Shown one piece after another: positions 29,401 to 39,368 of a stretch of 64,000 bases of DNA (position 1 is its first letter; every line of letters starts with the position of its first letter). This stretch comes from an uncultured Lentisphaeraceae bacterium (lineage in GTDB: Bacteria > Verrucomicrobiota > Kiritimatiellia > RFP12 > UBA1067). Below the pieces are notes generated by a model. It worked only from the letters and a program-made list of their open reading frames with translations. It was not told the DNA's origin and ran no database searches. The stretch covers positions 902 to 64,901 of the forward strand of contig CAZMNN010000009.1 in NCBI GenBank assembly GCA_964567665.1, in the 5' to 3' direction. The position numbers were made by a program, and so were the translations under genes.

Positions 29401-29685
29401 TCAATCGGCGGTACAAACTCTGTGGTGCGGCTTACCGGGCTGGGTGAGGTGGAGCTGTCTGGACTGGATGGCGAACCAAAGGCTTTCACGCTCGATTTGG
29501 CTGCAAGGACGACGGCGATCGGTTCTCTCTCCGGATTCTCGCAGATTACGACCTCCCGCTCCGGCACGACACATTTGCTCGTCGGGGATGGAGACTTCTC
29601 CTTTGCGGGGGCGATTCCGTCCAACGTGCAGCTTCACAGGCGTGGCGAATACAGCGGAACATCGCTGAGGATAATAATCAGGTGA
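26494..29685 (+). CDS. large secreted protein with autotransporter-associated beta-strand repeats (pectin-lyase-like passenger type) and no obvious anchor domain
   Basis: Signal peptide ...AVLLLFAIASMSASA, followed by VVWTGESDSVWTNAANWAGGVVPSGEDTAVF, a hallmark of the ABS-repeat family. About 1063 aa, Gly/Ser/Thr-rich beta-solenoid. Confidence 0.7.
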   Translation: MTGKESVSAMTGRVSVSTGRKYVSAVLLLFAIASMSASAADVVWTGESDSVWTNAANWAGGVVPSGEDTAVFAPAGDIAVSVRDGDRFPKTIKVASGSVSLVLHSTTFAYLSFGNNAEGIIDVAEGAVFSNAYARIEKKNLSIVKRGKGKWVNRNQMGCDGDPSFSQLVSMKVEEGTLELSGRTGNIKAAKFSVDGDARFVVSEGSTITTASDGGVSLVIDGEMELVNANTLRVATMTGSGRIVGLGKDNPIRFENPDGCSASVSILGNCPVYSGHGSVTGAVTVADLRKSGGDIRLSAPFTILDGDASLNFDSFLFYRPVPLVIEGGLMTANRGLPAAANRLRSAPIPNGCLLRGENGSITCQVHVVQNGGTLYHGEYWRDGEKQHNSLANRYDLNGGTLVISTAQRLRPHLLATTESPSVYSLNGGRLAVDATRGMIRNGILNEADEDSGRTYIEVGEKGGSFGGAHVDEKALPWVRFNWPMVAKTGVSDGGISIEDGVEYVFSKPVGISGGIRVNDGGLALDSAADTESAPSFFGTGAITLHNAPLSFVSCTEDKGLEIGELRFDGAAYIRLRRGGMNENGMSWSASCAAQTLTIGSIVRGGLGSALFVTDGISSSLGETGSSKVMVTSVPDMRASGVLDIPIFGVRQYSLDFMTYSSDAGLIPYAGYVDVGEATTAETIASASDSFTIAIGAEKTVGGFRFCGEWKTAYVNGLLNVRGTRTILLQNRCNLMGAGTVDFGDGEGLIVFGPSTDMAWNSTISASITGSGGISFASTPDCNYGRRRISLSGANGWTGGTRINSVRLELANESALGGGDVIVGGGTRNGGRLAFNAPGATFDNNFTVSGSGCRDTHWDGFSGGAMEFMADTAISGDVELAGHSRWTAPTPNVTAVVSGQVSGDSLEIVSTNVAAAGTIRFDGCNSYTGGTEVVRSVFALSKGDGAGTGPMLLDNSVLVFNNVDPITVENSIGGTNSVVRLTGLGEVELSGLDGEPKAFTLDLAARTTAIGSLSGFSQITTSRSGTTHLLVGDGDFSFAGAIPSNVQLHRRGEYSGTSLRIIIR

Positions 29686-29700
29686 TTGCAGATCAAGGGA

Positions 29701-31974
29701 ATGATTGCGATGCGGTCTTGCGGTTTCAGGCGCGGCGTCTTTGAGGCGTTTGCGGCGGCGTTTGCGTTTGGCGGCATAGCCGCAGAGGCGGCGACAATCG
29801 ACTTCGCGGGGGCAAAGGAGAGCCTCGCTCCGTTTGTCTGCTCAAATCTCGGACGGATTCGCCTTGTGCGGGAGGAGCTGACATGGAACGAGTGCGGAGA
29901 GCTTGCGCTTGGAGCGCCGGCGACAAACCGTGAAGGGTTTGTGGTGTGGAACGCGGTGGCTATGATCGGCACGGACGGCAAAACGACCGGTTTCCCGGTG
30001 AAGGGCGGAAGGAGGTATTCATTCTCCATTGAGGTGAGAGGCGGTGTCCCGTCTGTCGGACTGTCCGCAAAGGCATGGAACGAGGGCTTGTGGAAGGATT
30101 CCGTCAACTTGAAGACCAACCTCAAGGATGTGCCGGTAAAGGGTGACTGGACGCTGTACAGGGGAATTGTCGATGTTCCTGACGGAAAGACGCGACTTGT
30201 TCTGCAGCTTCAGATGTGGTCATCTACGCAGTATCCGCCGGTGAAGTACAAGGAAGGCGATTCAGTGCGTTTCGACAATGTGACATTTGAGGAGATGCCG
30301 AATACGCACTATGTCGCTGAAATACGCGAAAGGTATGAACGTGCATCAAATGATGCCGAGAGGTCGGCGTTGAGGGGAAGGTACGGGAAGCTTCTTCGTC
30401 CGTTTACGGTATCGGTTGTTTCGCGCACGAGCGATTTCGCTGTGCCATTCGTCCCTAAGGAGGCGTTTGAGCCGCCGGATTCGATAGGCGTATGCGCTGC
30501 GGTGAATGAGCGCACCGGTGTTCCGGTGGCGATAATGAACCTCACAGATGCGCCGGAGACGTACGTCGTGCGGCTTGAAACGTCTACCGCCGACCAGCAG
30601 AAGCCGTGGGCGGAGAAGCAGTTCGACGGAGAGTTCGGTCTTTCAGGATTCCCGCAGGACAGGATTGAGATGCGGACGGCGATCAGGATGAAGGATAGCG
30701 ACAATGCACCCATTTCTCTGAGGCTTGAGCAGCTGGCGAAGATGGACGAAGCGAATTCCATCATTGTTCAGCCAAACGAAGCTGGGCTTGTGTGGATAGA
30801 TTTCGACACCACCGATGTTAAGGCCGGCGTATATCCGGGACGCTTGCGGGTTATTCCGCTGTCGCGACCGGCAAAATGGAAGTCATGGAAGGGCAGATAC
30901 CATGACCGCATCTATGAGGGGGATATGCAGGATGTCCCGTTCAGCCTCGAAGTCATTCCGGTGATCCTCCCGAAAGAGCCGTCAATGCCGTTCGGCTTCT
31001 TCCAGATGCCGACGACAAAAGGGCAGTTCGACCTCATGCGTACGCTTGGTACGCGGGATTTCCAGATAAGCCCCTGGAGCTTCGAGAATGACGCCGCAAT
31101 CGCCGAAGAGGGGAAGAATGTACGGAACATATTTGAGTGGTCCAAGGCGGAAGGAATGCACCCTACGTTTTTCATAGGCTTTTCGGCGTTTCACACTTTC
31201 CGCAGGACGACGCCGGGGATGCTCGACGCAGATTTCAAGACACAGCTTGAAAAGTGGCCGGATTGGATAAGGAAGGTGCAGAGAACGATGAACGCATGGG
31301 GCGTCGCCGACGCCGACTATGTGGTGGAGGTCTACGATGAGCCTGATCCGAAGATAGCGGACGACATCATGTCCGTGCTGTCTGCGGCAAAGGCCGCCGC
31401 TCCCGGCATCCGTCTTGCGCTTACGCTTGGTGCGCATGTCATGGATGCCGACACAATGCGAAGGTTCGCTCCGTGCGTAGATACGTGGATTCTATGGAGC
31501 CACGGGTATTTCAGGGATCAGGCGCACCTTGCGTTCATCGCGGAGACGTGCTCCAACGGCGGATCGGTGTGGCACTACACCTGTTCGACGTCCGGTCGCG
31601 CCCCGATATACGAAACCTACCGTCTGCATCCGTGGTTCGGATGGGCGCACAGATTGACCGGCAACCAGTTCTTCATATTCCAGGAGATGACGGGGGGATT
31701 CGGCCCGTACGATTTCAAGTGCGCCATGTCATCCGGAATCGCGTACCGCAACTTCAACGTGACGATGCCGTCTTTGCGGTACATGGCATTGCGTCGCGGC
31801 GTGTACGACGTGAAGTACTTAGAGGCGCTTGCCGCAGCAAGGGGTGGCGACCCCGATGTCAAGGCATTCCTTGAACGCGCACCGATGGAGGTGCTTCAGA
31901 ATCGCCACGACACCTCAACTCCCGATCGCATCCGTGATGAGGCGATCCGTCTTCTGCTGCAGCCCGGCAAGTGA
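29701..31974 (+). CDS. secreted protein with an N-terminal CBM4/9-like (galactose-binding-like) module and a C-terminal putative glycoside-hydrolase-like (DUF4091-like, by memory) domain
   Basis: Signal peptide. The GFVVWNAVAMIG...KGDWTLYRGIVDVPDGKTRLVLQLQMW region matches a CBM-type beta-sandwich. The start codon is uncertain (29686 TTG, 29701 ATG or 29710 ATG). Contiguous with the upstream gene. Confidence 0.55.
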   Translation: MIAMRSCGFRRGVFEAFAAAFAFGGIAAEAATIDFAGAKESLAPFVCSNLGRIRLVREELTWNECGELALGAPATNREGFVVWNAVAMIGTDGKTTGFPVKGGRRYSFSIEVRGGVPSVGLSAKAWNEGLWKDSVNLKTNLKDVPVKGDWTLYRGIVDVPDGKTRLVLQLQMWSSTQYPPVKYKEGDSVRFDNVTFEEMPNTHYVAEIRERYERASNDAERSALRGRYGKLLRPFTVSVVSRTSDFAVPFVPKEAFEPPDSIGVCAAVNERTGVPVAIMNLTDAPETYVVRLETSTADQQKPWAEKQFDGEFGLSGFPQDRIEMRTAIRMKDSDNAPISLRLEQLAKMDEANSIIVQPNEAGLVWIDFDTTDVKAGVYPGRLRVIPLSRPAKWKSWKGRYHDRIYEGDMQDVPFSLEVIPVILPKEPSMPFGFFQMPTTKGQFDLMRTLGTRDFQISPWSFENDAAIAEEGKNVRNIFEWSKAEGMHPTFFIGFSAFHTFRRTTPGMLDADFKTQLEKWPDWIRKVQRTMNAWGVADADYVVEVYDEPDPKIADDIMSVLSAAKAAAPGIRLALTLGAHVMDADTMRRFAPCVDTWILWSHGYFRDQAHLAFIAETCSNGGSVWHYTCSTSGRAPIYETYRLHPWFGWAHRLTGNQFFIFQEMTGGFGPYDFKCAMSSGIAYRNFNVTMPSLRYMALRRGVYDVKYLEALAAARGGDPDVKAFLERAPMEVLQNRHDTSTPDRIRDEAIRLLLQPGK

Positions 31975-32045
31975 TGGTTTTCGCTTGCTTGTTTTGCGCG
32001 GAAATGGGATAATCGCCACATTTCACAACTGAAAGGGTCTCAGGG

Positions 32046-35000
32046 ATGAACTTCAACATCAGGTTAGGTGCGGCGTTGGCTGCGGTTGCGGCTTTCGGGC
32101 TGTTTGCAGGTGCGGCACGCGGCGAAATGGTGCCGTATGCGCAGTTTGGGTTTGAGGAAGGGTGCGGTGCGTACACCGAGGATTCCGTTTCGGGATTGTG
32201 CGCAGAGCTTTCGCCGTCCGCAAAATGGGCATCCGGCGCGTTCGGCACCGCTCTTGCCGTCGGCGAGCGTGGCGCGTCGGCGACGGTCGCAGGACTTGAC
32301 GCGCTTGACGGCGCGGACAACGTCACCATGTTCATCCGCTTCCGCAGGAACGGCGTCGGAACCGGCAAGTACCCTAATCTGCTGACAAGCATGGGATGGG
32401 GGCCGAAAGGCGGCGTCATGCTTTTTGCGCCCGACGGCAAATCCCTCTCTCTCCGCCTGCGGGCTGGCGGCAACGGGCCTGAATGCGGATTCGTCGCGTT
32501 CAACGCGATGCCGCAGGAGAAATGGTCGTCCGTGGCGTTCGTGCTCAAGCGTCCCGACATCACGGTATATGCGAGCGGCAAGCCGGTGTACAGAGGCAAG
32601 TGGGATCATCCGTTCGTCTCCGGCGGAAAAATCCAGTTGGGCGGATGGGGTGCCGATTCATTCGGCGGGTTCATCGACGACTTCCGGATGTGGAAAGGCG
32701 CGTTGAACGACAGTCAGATGGCGGAACTTGCCGCCGATGCCCGCTATGACGAAATCGAGGGATATCAGGATGACGGCACGGGCGGCATCCGGAAGACGGA
32801 AGTGCGTGGCCAGGGCGGGACGCCGTTTGCCACCATCGACGGCGATTCCGCCACGCTCGTCCTCGACAATTTGGGTTCCATCGCGTCGCTGAAGGAGAAG
32901 GCGACGGGGCGCGAGCTGATATCGAACGCGACGGCGTTCGTCACGGCGACATTGACGGACGGTCGAAACATCGCCGTGCGGCGCATCGAAAAGCGCGGAG
33001 ACGGACGCTTCGCGTTCATCTTCGGAAAGGCCGGCGAGGCGGTCTTCTCCGTGACGCAGTTCAAGGGCGGCTGGACGTTCACGGTGGAGTCGTGCAGCGT
33101 CAAGGACGTGAAGCGGTTCGAGTTCTGCCGGGTGCAGCCAGTGTGCCGAAAGTGGATCGGGGACTTCGCCAACGCCTGGAGCGACGAGAAGTCCGCTGTG
33201 TGCGTAAGATCCTACGACCTGAAAGGCGAGCCTAAGTGCTACGGTACGCTTCGCATCGCAGTCGATTCGCCGTTCACCGTTATCGGACGCAAAGCGGGGC
33301 TGGCGGCAGGCCCGCGAGACGGGTTCCGCGAACAGCTGAAGGGCATGACCGTCGAGGCGGGCGTTCCGCGCAGTGACGCCGGCGGCGCCTGGTCGATGGA
33401 CAGCGAAGTGGCGCGGTGGAGCTACGTGTTCACGTCCGTACAGAATGGCGACATCGACAGCTGGATCGATTTCGTGAAGCGTCCCGGATTCGCGAATCTC
33501 CACATTAATTCAAGCTGGACGACCTGCCTTGGTCAGTGTCCCGTGAACAAACGCGCATTTCCGGGCGGGCTGGATGACATGAAGGCCTGCGCGGCGAAGG
33601 CGCACGAAGCGGGGCTGCGCGTCGGAATGCACACGCTCACCGCCTGCATCAATCCGCACGATTCGTGGATCACACCCGTCTGTCGCGAGGATCTTGTGGC
33701 GGACGCCACATACACGCTTGCGGCGGCGCTTGCGGACGACGCAACGGAGCTGCTCGTGAACGAGCGCCCGATAGACAAGCACGTGAACGTGTTCACGTAT
33801 TCGTCAAACGGAAACGTGCTGAGGATCGGCGGCGAACTCATCCAGTACAGCGACATCAGGCGCGACCGCACCCCGTATGCGTTCACAGGGCTGAAGCGCG
33901 GCGCTTTCGGCACGAAGAAGGGCGGTGCGTACGCCGCCGGGACGAAGGTCGACTACCTGCATCAGCGCTACATCGCGTTCTATCCGAAACCGGACTCGGA
34001 ACTTGCGGAGAAGCTTGCGTCACGGCTTGCCGAGGTGTACAACACGTGCAATCTCGACGAGTTCTATTTTGACGGTTCGGAAGGAATGGGAACCCGCTAC
34101 GGCATCGACGCAATGCGCCACAGGATATTCTCGAAGCTCAAGGCAAACAACGGACATTCGCCGTCCATCGAGGCCAGCTGCGGCGGTGCGAACAACTGGT
34201 GGTTCCAGACGCGCATGGCGACAACAGACCACGGCGTGTACGGAGTGAAGCGTTTCCACGACTGGCACGTTACGTGGGCGATAGACATCGGCCGCTACGC
34301 CAACTTCCTTGAGCCGCAGATGGGCTGGTGGATGCCGCGCACGGACATACCGAGGGCACGGGGGCACATGATCGATGAGATGGAGTATTTCGCCGGGAAG
34401 AATGCCGGACACGATGCGGCGATGTCGTTGCAGGGGATATCTCCGCGACAGGGCGTGACAGGGGTGCGCCGCCAGCTCACGGTGCTTGGATGGTACGAAT
34501 GGCCGCGCATTGCGAGGGCGTTCACAGACGAGGCGCAGAGACATCTTGCGACGCCACGCGCAGAGGCGCGTCTGCGTCAGAACACCAAGGGCGTATGGTC
34601 GCTCACGGATGTCGAATCGTTCGTGCACAGGGCCGGGCTGCCATGGACGAAGGCATGGACGGTAGACAGCGCATCGGCACGTCCGGCCGCACTTCGCGTG
34701 GAGGCCCTCTACGCGGCCGGAAGCGATGCGGACGGCGAGACGCTGCTGAAGGCTGACGCATTCGGCGAAATGAATAAGTCTTCAGCGCCGGGCGTGGAGG
34801 CGTCGTTCGATGCCGACGCTAAGGATGCAAAGGTTCGCGCATTCCGGCTTTCCGCTAAAAACGACACGGCGGCACAGAATGCCGCCTGGGCCTGCGCATC
34901 GAAGACGTTCGGCTTCAGCGGCGTAAACCTCGGCAAGGATCGCATCGCATTCGGCGCATGGGTGAAGGGCGATGGATCGGGCGCTCTCCTCAACCTGCAG

Positions 35001-35963
35001 TTCAGGACGCCCGGTGCGTTCACCGGCGGCATCTCCGACCACTACGTGAGGCTTGATTTCACCGGATGGAAATACATCACGGTGCTGCTGCGTGAACGCG
35101 ATGCCGACGGACACTGCGAGTACCGCTGGCCGTACGGCGGCTATGCGGCGGTATACCGTGACATGGTGAACCCTGAACATCTCGGCACGTTCAGCGCCTA
35201 CCTGAACGACATCCCGAAGGGCGGGAAGGCGACGGTGGAGATCGGCGAGGTGCGTGCGCTCAAGATGGTTGCGGCGAAGGCGGAGGATGTGGCCGTTTCC
35301 GTAAACGGCGAGCGTTTCGCGGTTCCGTTCGCAATGACATCCGGCGAGTACGCCGAACTGGATGACGGTTTCTGGACGCACTATTCGGCCAAGGGTGACG
35401 CTCTTCTGCGTGTCGCCGCCGCTGCAAAGCCCGTCCTCAAGGCCGGGCGGAATGAGATCGCCCTCACAGACGGAAAGGATGAGTCCGCCGTCCGTGCGGA
35501 GGTGACGCTTTTCGCGTTCGGAAAGAGCCGTCCGGCATTCGCCGCCAAGCTCACGCCAGAGATGAAGTTCGCGATGCGCTACGAAGGTGTGATGCCGTTC
35601 GAGTATGCGCCGTCGAAGGGGCTTGTTCCGCCGAAGTCGATACCGGTGCGTCCCGGCGAAAAGGCGAAGCTGTCCATGGACATCTACGGTCCTGCAAAGA
35701 ATCCCACGTTTACGTTCAAGCGATTCTTCGGGCTGAAGAAGACGGTCTGTGCATTTGCCGTGGAGATCGGTGCGGACGAGCGTCTGGTCTGCTCCGACGG
35801 ACGTAAATGGAAAGTCGAGAAGATGAAGGATGGAACGGTAGTCAAGGAGGGTGAACTTGCGATGCCGCTTCCTGTGCTGGGCAAGAGCACTGCGTTCGAA
35901 TTCTCCGCAGACCTGAACGGCGATACGCCTTGCGTGGTAGACATCCTCAAGGAATACAGGTAA
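32046..35963 (+). CDS. giant secreted protein (1305 aa) with an N-terminal LamG/concanavalin-A-like lectin domain
   Basis: Signal peptide MNFNIRLGAALAAVAAFGLFAGAA. The GFIDDFRMWKGALNDSQMAEL segment and its upstream portion are typical of LamG domains. Confidence 0.6.
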   Translation: MNFNIRLGAALAAVAAFGLFAGAARGEMVPYAQFGFEEGCGAYTEDSVSGLCAELSPSAKWASGAFGTALAVGERGASATVAGLDALDGADNVTMFIRFRRNGVGTGKYPNLLTSMGWGPKGGVMLFAPDGKSLSLRLRAGGNGPECGFVAFNAMPQEKWSSVAFVLKRPDITVYASGKPVYRGKWDHPFVSGGKIQLGGWGADSFGGFIDDFRMWKGALNDSQMAELAADARYDEIEGYQDDGTGGIRKTEVRGQGGTPFATIDGDSATLVLDNLGSIASLKEKATGRELISNATAFVTATLTDGRNIAVRRIEKRGDGRFAFIFGKAGEAVFSVTQFKGGWTFTVESCSVKDVKRFEFCRVQPVCRKWIGDFANAWSDEKSAVCVRSYDLKGEPKCYGTLRIAVDSPFTVIGRKAGLAAGPRDGFREQLKGMTVEAGVPRSDAGGAWSMDSEVARWSYVFTSVQNGDIDSWIDFVKRPGFANLHINSSWTTCLGQCPVNKRAFPGGLDDMKACAAKAHEAGLRVGMHTLTACINPHDSWITPVCREDLVADATYTLAAALADDATELLVNERPIDKHVNVFTYSSNGNVLRIGGELIQYSDIRRDRTPYAFTGLKRGAFGTKKGGAYAAGTKVDYLHQRYIAFYPKPDSELAEKLASRLAEVYNTCNLDEFYFDGSEGMGTRYGIDAMRHRIFSKLKANNGHSPSIEASCGGANNWWFQTRMATTDHGVYGVKRFHDWHVTWAIDIGRYANFLEPQMGWWMPRTDIPRARGHMIDEMEYFAGKNAGHDAAMSLQGISPRQGVTGVRRQLTVLGWYEWPRIARAFTDEAQRHLATPRAEARLRQNTKGVWSLTDVESFVHRAGLPWTKAWTVDSASARPAALRVEALYAAGSDADGETLLKADAFGEMNKSSAPGVEASFDADAKDAKVRAFRLSAKNDTAAQNAAWACASKTFGFSGVNLGKDRIAFGAWVKGDGSGALLNLQFRTPGAFTGGISDHYVRLDFTGWKYITVLLRERDADGHCEYRWPYGGYAAVYRDMVNPEHLGTFSAYLNDIPKGGKATVEIGEVRALKMVAAKAEDVAVSVNGERFAVPFAMTSGEYAELDDGFWTHYSAKGDALLRVAAAAKPVLKAGRNEIALTDGKDESAVRAEVTLFAFGKSRPAFAAKLTPEMKFAMRYEGVMPFEYAPSKGLVPPKSIPVRPGEKAKLSMDIYGPAKNPTFTFKRFFGLKKTVCAFAVEIGADERLVCSDGRKWKVEKMKDGTVVKEGELAMPLPVLGKSTAFEFSADLNGDTPCVVDILKEYR

Positions 35964-35987
35964 GATCGGCAAAGGCGGCACTGCGGT

Positions 35988-37184
35988 ATGGTTGACGGCA
36001 TGGATTTCATACCAAGCGACTATGCGGGGGTTGTGTTCGACTCGCGCATAGTGCGGCCGGGCTGTCTTTTTGCCGCCTTGCCGGGCGCTACGGCAGACGG
36101 CCATGTGTTTGTCCGCAAGGCGTTCGAGAAGGGCGCAAAGGGACTTCTCGTCAGGAAAGATCGCGCCGCAGAGTTCACCGGTCCTGAGCGGTCGGCTCTG
36201 ATTCCGGTCGATGACGTTAAGGTGTCTCTGACCGAGACTGCCACGAAATACCGTAGATCGCTCAAGGCGAAGGTTATAGGTGTGACCGGAAGCGCCGGCA
36301 AGACCACCGTCAAGGAGTTCACTGCGGCGTTCCTGCGGCGTATCGGCAAGACACACGCGACGTGCGGAAACTACAACAACGACCTTGGGCTTCCGATCAC
36401 GATTCTCGAATGTCCGCCAGACGCTGACTTTCTCGTTGTGGAGATGGGCACGAATCATCCCGGCGAGATCGCTCACCTTGTCGACATTGCGCGTCCGGAT
36501 GCCGGAATCATATCCTCCATCGGCACTGCGCACATTGAGTTCTTCGGTACGCAAGACGGAATCGCGGAGGAGAAGGGGACGCTTTTCCGGTCTCTGCCGC
36601 CGGACGGATTTGCCGTGCTCGGCACAAACAATGACCGCTACGACGCACTTGTTGAGATGTGTGGCTGCCGTGTCGTCTCGGTGGACGGCTTCTCTCCGTT
36701 TGCGTGTCCGCTCGTCGGCGACTACAACAGGTGGAATATGGCACTCGCGTGGAACTGTGCGAAGGAGTTTGGCGCAACGGATGAGATGGCCGCCTCTGCG
36801 CTTGCCGACTTCCGTCTTCCGGGAGACAGGTGGCGCAGAAGCGAACGCGACGGGGTGACGTTCATATCGGACTGCTACAACGCCAACCCCACATCCATGG
36901 CGGTTGCGCTTGAGACGTTCGCATCCGAGCCGTGCGCCGGGCGGCGGATTGCGGTGCTTGGCGATATGTTTGAGTTGGGTGAGGCGAGTGGACGGTTTCA
37001 CGCCGAAGTCCGGCGCAAGGCGGAGTCGCTGCCGCTCGATCTCGTGATATATGTTGGCCGGGAGTTCGGCGGCGTTTCGCGAGACGAGGCCAAGGCTCAG
37101 CTCTTCACTTTCGTAAGGCCAGGCGATGCGGTACTTCTGAAGGCTTCGCACGGCATGGAACTCAACAGGATCCTTGACCAATGA
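35988..37184 (+). CDS. murF: UDP-N-acetylmuramoyl-tripeptide--D-alanyl-D-alanine ligase
   Basis: PGCLFAALPGATADGH and VIGVTGSAGKTTVKE align with E. coli MurF. It is short at 398 aa. Confidence 0.85.
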   Translation: MVDGMDFIPSDYAGVVFDSRIVRPGCLFAALPGATADGHVFVRKAFEKGAKGLLVRKDRAAEFTGPERSALIPVDDVKVSLTETATKYRRSLKAKVIGVTGSAGKTTVKEFTAAFLRRIGKTHATCGNYNNDLGLPITILECPPDADFLVVEMGTNHPGEIAHLVDIARPDAGIISSIGTAHIEFFGTQDGIAEEKGTLFRSLPPDGFAVLGTNNDRYDALVEMCGCRVVSVDGFSPFACPLVGDYNRWNMALAWNCAKEFGATDEMAASALADFRLPGDRWRRSERDGVTFISDCYNANPTSMAVALETFASEPCAGRRIAVLGDMFELGEASGRFHAEVRRKAESLPLDLVIYVGREFGGVSRDEAKAQLFTFVRPGDAVLLKASHGMELNRILDQ

Positions 37185-38377
37185 ACGCAGTCGTCCTTGG
37201 CGCCGGAAGAAGCGGTCAGGCCGCTTCTGCGCTTCTGCGCCGCGAAGGGTGGAACGTGACGATTCTCAACGGTTCCGATCCGTGGGATGGAAGCGGATGC
37301 GACCTGTGCGTGACGAGCCCGGGCATTTCCATTGATCATCCGTGGCAGGCTGCGGCTCGCGCTGTCGGCGTACCGGTCATCTCCGAACTGCAGCTCGGAG
37401 CGGAGAGATACCGTTCGCTTGGCGGCAGAATGCTTGCCGTGACGGGAAGCAAGGGCAAGAGTTCGGTGGTGAAGCTTGTGTCCGATGCGCTTGGCGGCGT
37501 TCCGTGCGGAAACTACGGAACGCCTCTGTGCGAAGTCGTGAACGATTGGGTGCAGAACAGGAGCACGGGCGGCTACGTTCCGCCGTGGGCGGTGGTCGAG
37601 GTCAGCAGTTTTCAGATGGAGACTACGGAACTGCCGTCGGATGCGTTCGTGGCGGCGGCCATATTGAACCTGCAGGAGGATCATCTCGACAGGCACGGGT
37701 CTGTGGAGACGTATCATTCGCTCAAGCGCCGTCTGCTTGATTTCGCCGAACGCAGAATACAGTGGCGCGACGGGGCGGAGCGGAAGTCGGACGCAGAGCT
37801 TTTCGCCGGCGGGTATTTTGACAACGGAATCTTGAGGGACAATGCAATCTGTGCTGTGCGGCTGATGCGTGCCGCCGGGTTGTCCGATGACGCCATTCGC
37901 AGTGCATTCGCGAGGTTCGAGCCGCTGCCGCATCGTATGCAGGGCGTCGGGACGTTTGGCGGTGTCGTTTGGATCGACGACTCGAAGGCGACGAGCATAG
38001 CGGCGCTTGCCGCCGGCGTCGAGATGGCGGCATCACGCATCCGGCCGTCAACGACAAAGGCGGTTCACTTGATAGCGGGCGGACTGCCGAAGGGTGATGA
38101 TCCAAATGTTGCAGCGGAATGTCTATCGAGATATGTGCGAAAGGCGTATCTGATAGGCAAATCCGCCGAATCGCTTCAGTCGTCATGGAGCGGCATCGTG
38201 CAATGCGAGGTCTGCGAAACGCTTGAACGTGCAGTGAAGTCCGCAATGCGAAGTGCGGAGAGCGGCGAATGTGTGCTGCTTTCTCCCGGTGCCGCAAGCT
38301 TTGATCAGTTCAGAAGCTACGGTGAGCGCGGCGACCGGTTCAAGGCTCTCGTCTCGGAATTGTCGCAGTCGCGTTGA
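37181..38377 (+). CDS. murD: UDP-N-acetylmuramoylalanine--D-glutamate ligase
   Basis: AVTGSKGKSSV, VVEVSSFQMETT, WIDDSKAT and LLSPGAASFDQF align with MurD. The start overlaps the murF stop (ATGA). Confidence 0.85.
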   Translation: MNAVVLGAGRSGQAASALLRREGWNVTILNGSDPWDGSGCDLCVTSPGISIDHPWQAAARAVGVPVISELQLGAERYRSLGGRMLAVTGSKGKSSVVKLVSDALGGVPCGNYGTPLCEVVNDWVQNRSTGGYVPPWAVVEVSSFQMETTELPSDAFVAAAILNLQEDHLDRHGSVETYHSLKRRLLDFAERRIQWRDGAERKSDAELFAGGYFDNGILRDNAICAVRLMRAAGLSDDAIRSAFARFEPLPHRMQGVGTFGGVVWIDDSKATSIAALAAGVEMAASRIRPSTTKAVHLIAGGLPKGDDPNVAAECLSRYVRKAYLIGKSAESLQSSWSGIVQCEVCETLERAVKSAMRSAESGECVLLSPGAASFDQFRSYGERGDRFKALVSELSQSR

Positions 38378-38387
38378 GCCGAGCGAA

Positions 38388-39362
38388 TCATTCGCCACGC
38401 TGACGGAAGTATGCGATGGTCTTCGCCAAGCCGTCCTTCAGCGGGACTTCGGGCTGCCAGCCAAGCAGTTCCTTTGCGAGGGATATGTCGGGCTTGCGGC
38501 GCTTCGGATCGTCGGCAGGCACGGGCTTCCATGCGAGCTTTGACTTTGATTCAGGAATCTGCCGCAGCGTCTCTTCCGCGAGTTCGCGGATTGTGTACTC
38601 TCCGGGATTGCCGGTGTTTATCACCGGCGCCCCAAGACCTTTGGCGGCAAAGAACGTGCGGATGGCGTCAATCGGCAGCTCCATGTACCGTCTGAACGCC
38701 TCGATCAGGTCGTCACAATACTGGAAGGAGCGCGTCTGCGAGCCGTCACCGTAGATTGTGATGTCCTCGTTGCGCAGAGCCTGCATGATGAAGTTCGATA
38801 TCACACGTCCATCCTGCGGATGCATCGCCGGGCCATAGGTGTTGAATATGCGAACCATGCGCACATCGACCCCGAACTCCCTGATGTAGTCGGCGCACAG
38901 CGTCTCCGCGCAGCGCTTGCCTTCGTCGTAGCAGGAGCGGATTCCGATCGTATTCACGTTGCCCCAGTAGGTCTCGACTTGCGGGTGGACAATCGGATCG
39001 CCGTACACCTCGCTTGTGGAGGTGTGGAGAAGCCTTGCGCCGCACCGTTTCGCGAGTTCAAGCACATTGAGGATTCCAAGAACCGATGTGCGGGTGGTGA
39101 AGGTCGGCCGTGCCTGGTAGTGAACCGGCGAAGCGGGGCAGGCGAGATTGTATATCTGGTCGAAAGACTCGTCTGTGGCGAAATCGATCACGTCACCCTC
39201 AATCAGCCGGAACGCCGGATTGCCAAGCAGGTCATCCACGTTCCGGCGTGATCCGGTGTACAGATTGTCGAGCGCGACAACCCCAAATCCGTCGGACAGA
39301 AGCCGACGACAAAGGTGCGAACCGAGGAAACCGGCTCCGCCAGTGACAAGCGCCTTGCGCAT
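38388..39362 (-). CDS. UDP-glucuronate decarboxylase (UDP-xylose synthase) family SDR
   Basis: [31 protein letters not shown] and [10 protein letters not shown] closely match UXS. Confidence 0.85.
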   Translation of the reverse strand: MRKALVTGGAGFLGSHLCRRLLSDGFGVVALDNLYTGSRRNVDDLLGNPAFRLIEGDVIDFATDESFDQIYNLACPASPVHYQARPTFTTRTSVLGILNVLELAKRCGARLLHTSTSEVYGDPIVHPQVETYWGNVNTIGIRSCYDEGKRCAETLCADYIREFGVDVRMVRIFNTYGPAMHPQDGRVISNFIMQALRNEDITIYGDGSQTRSFQYCDDLIEAFRRYMELPIDAIRTFFAAKGLGAPVINTGNPGEYTIRELAEETLRQIPESKSKLAWKPVPADDPKRRKPDISLAKELLGWQPEVPLKDGLAKTIAYFRQRGE

Positions 39363-39368
39363 TGAGGC

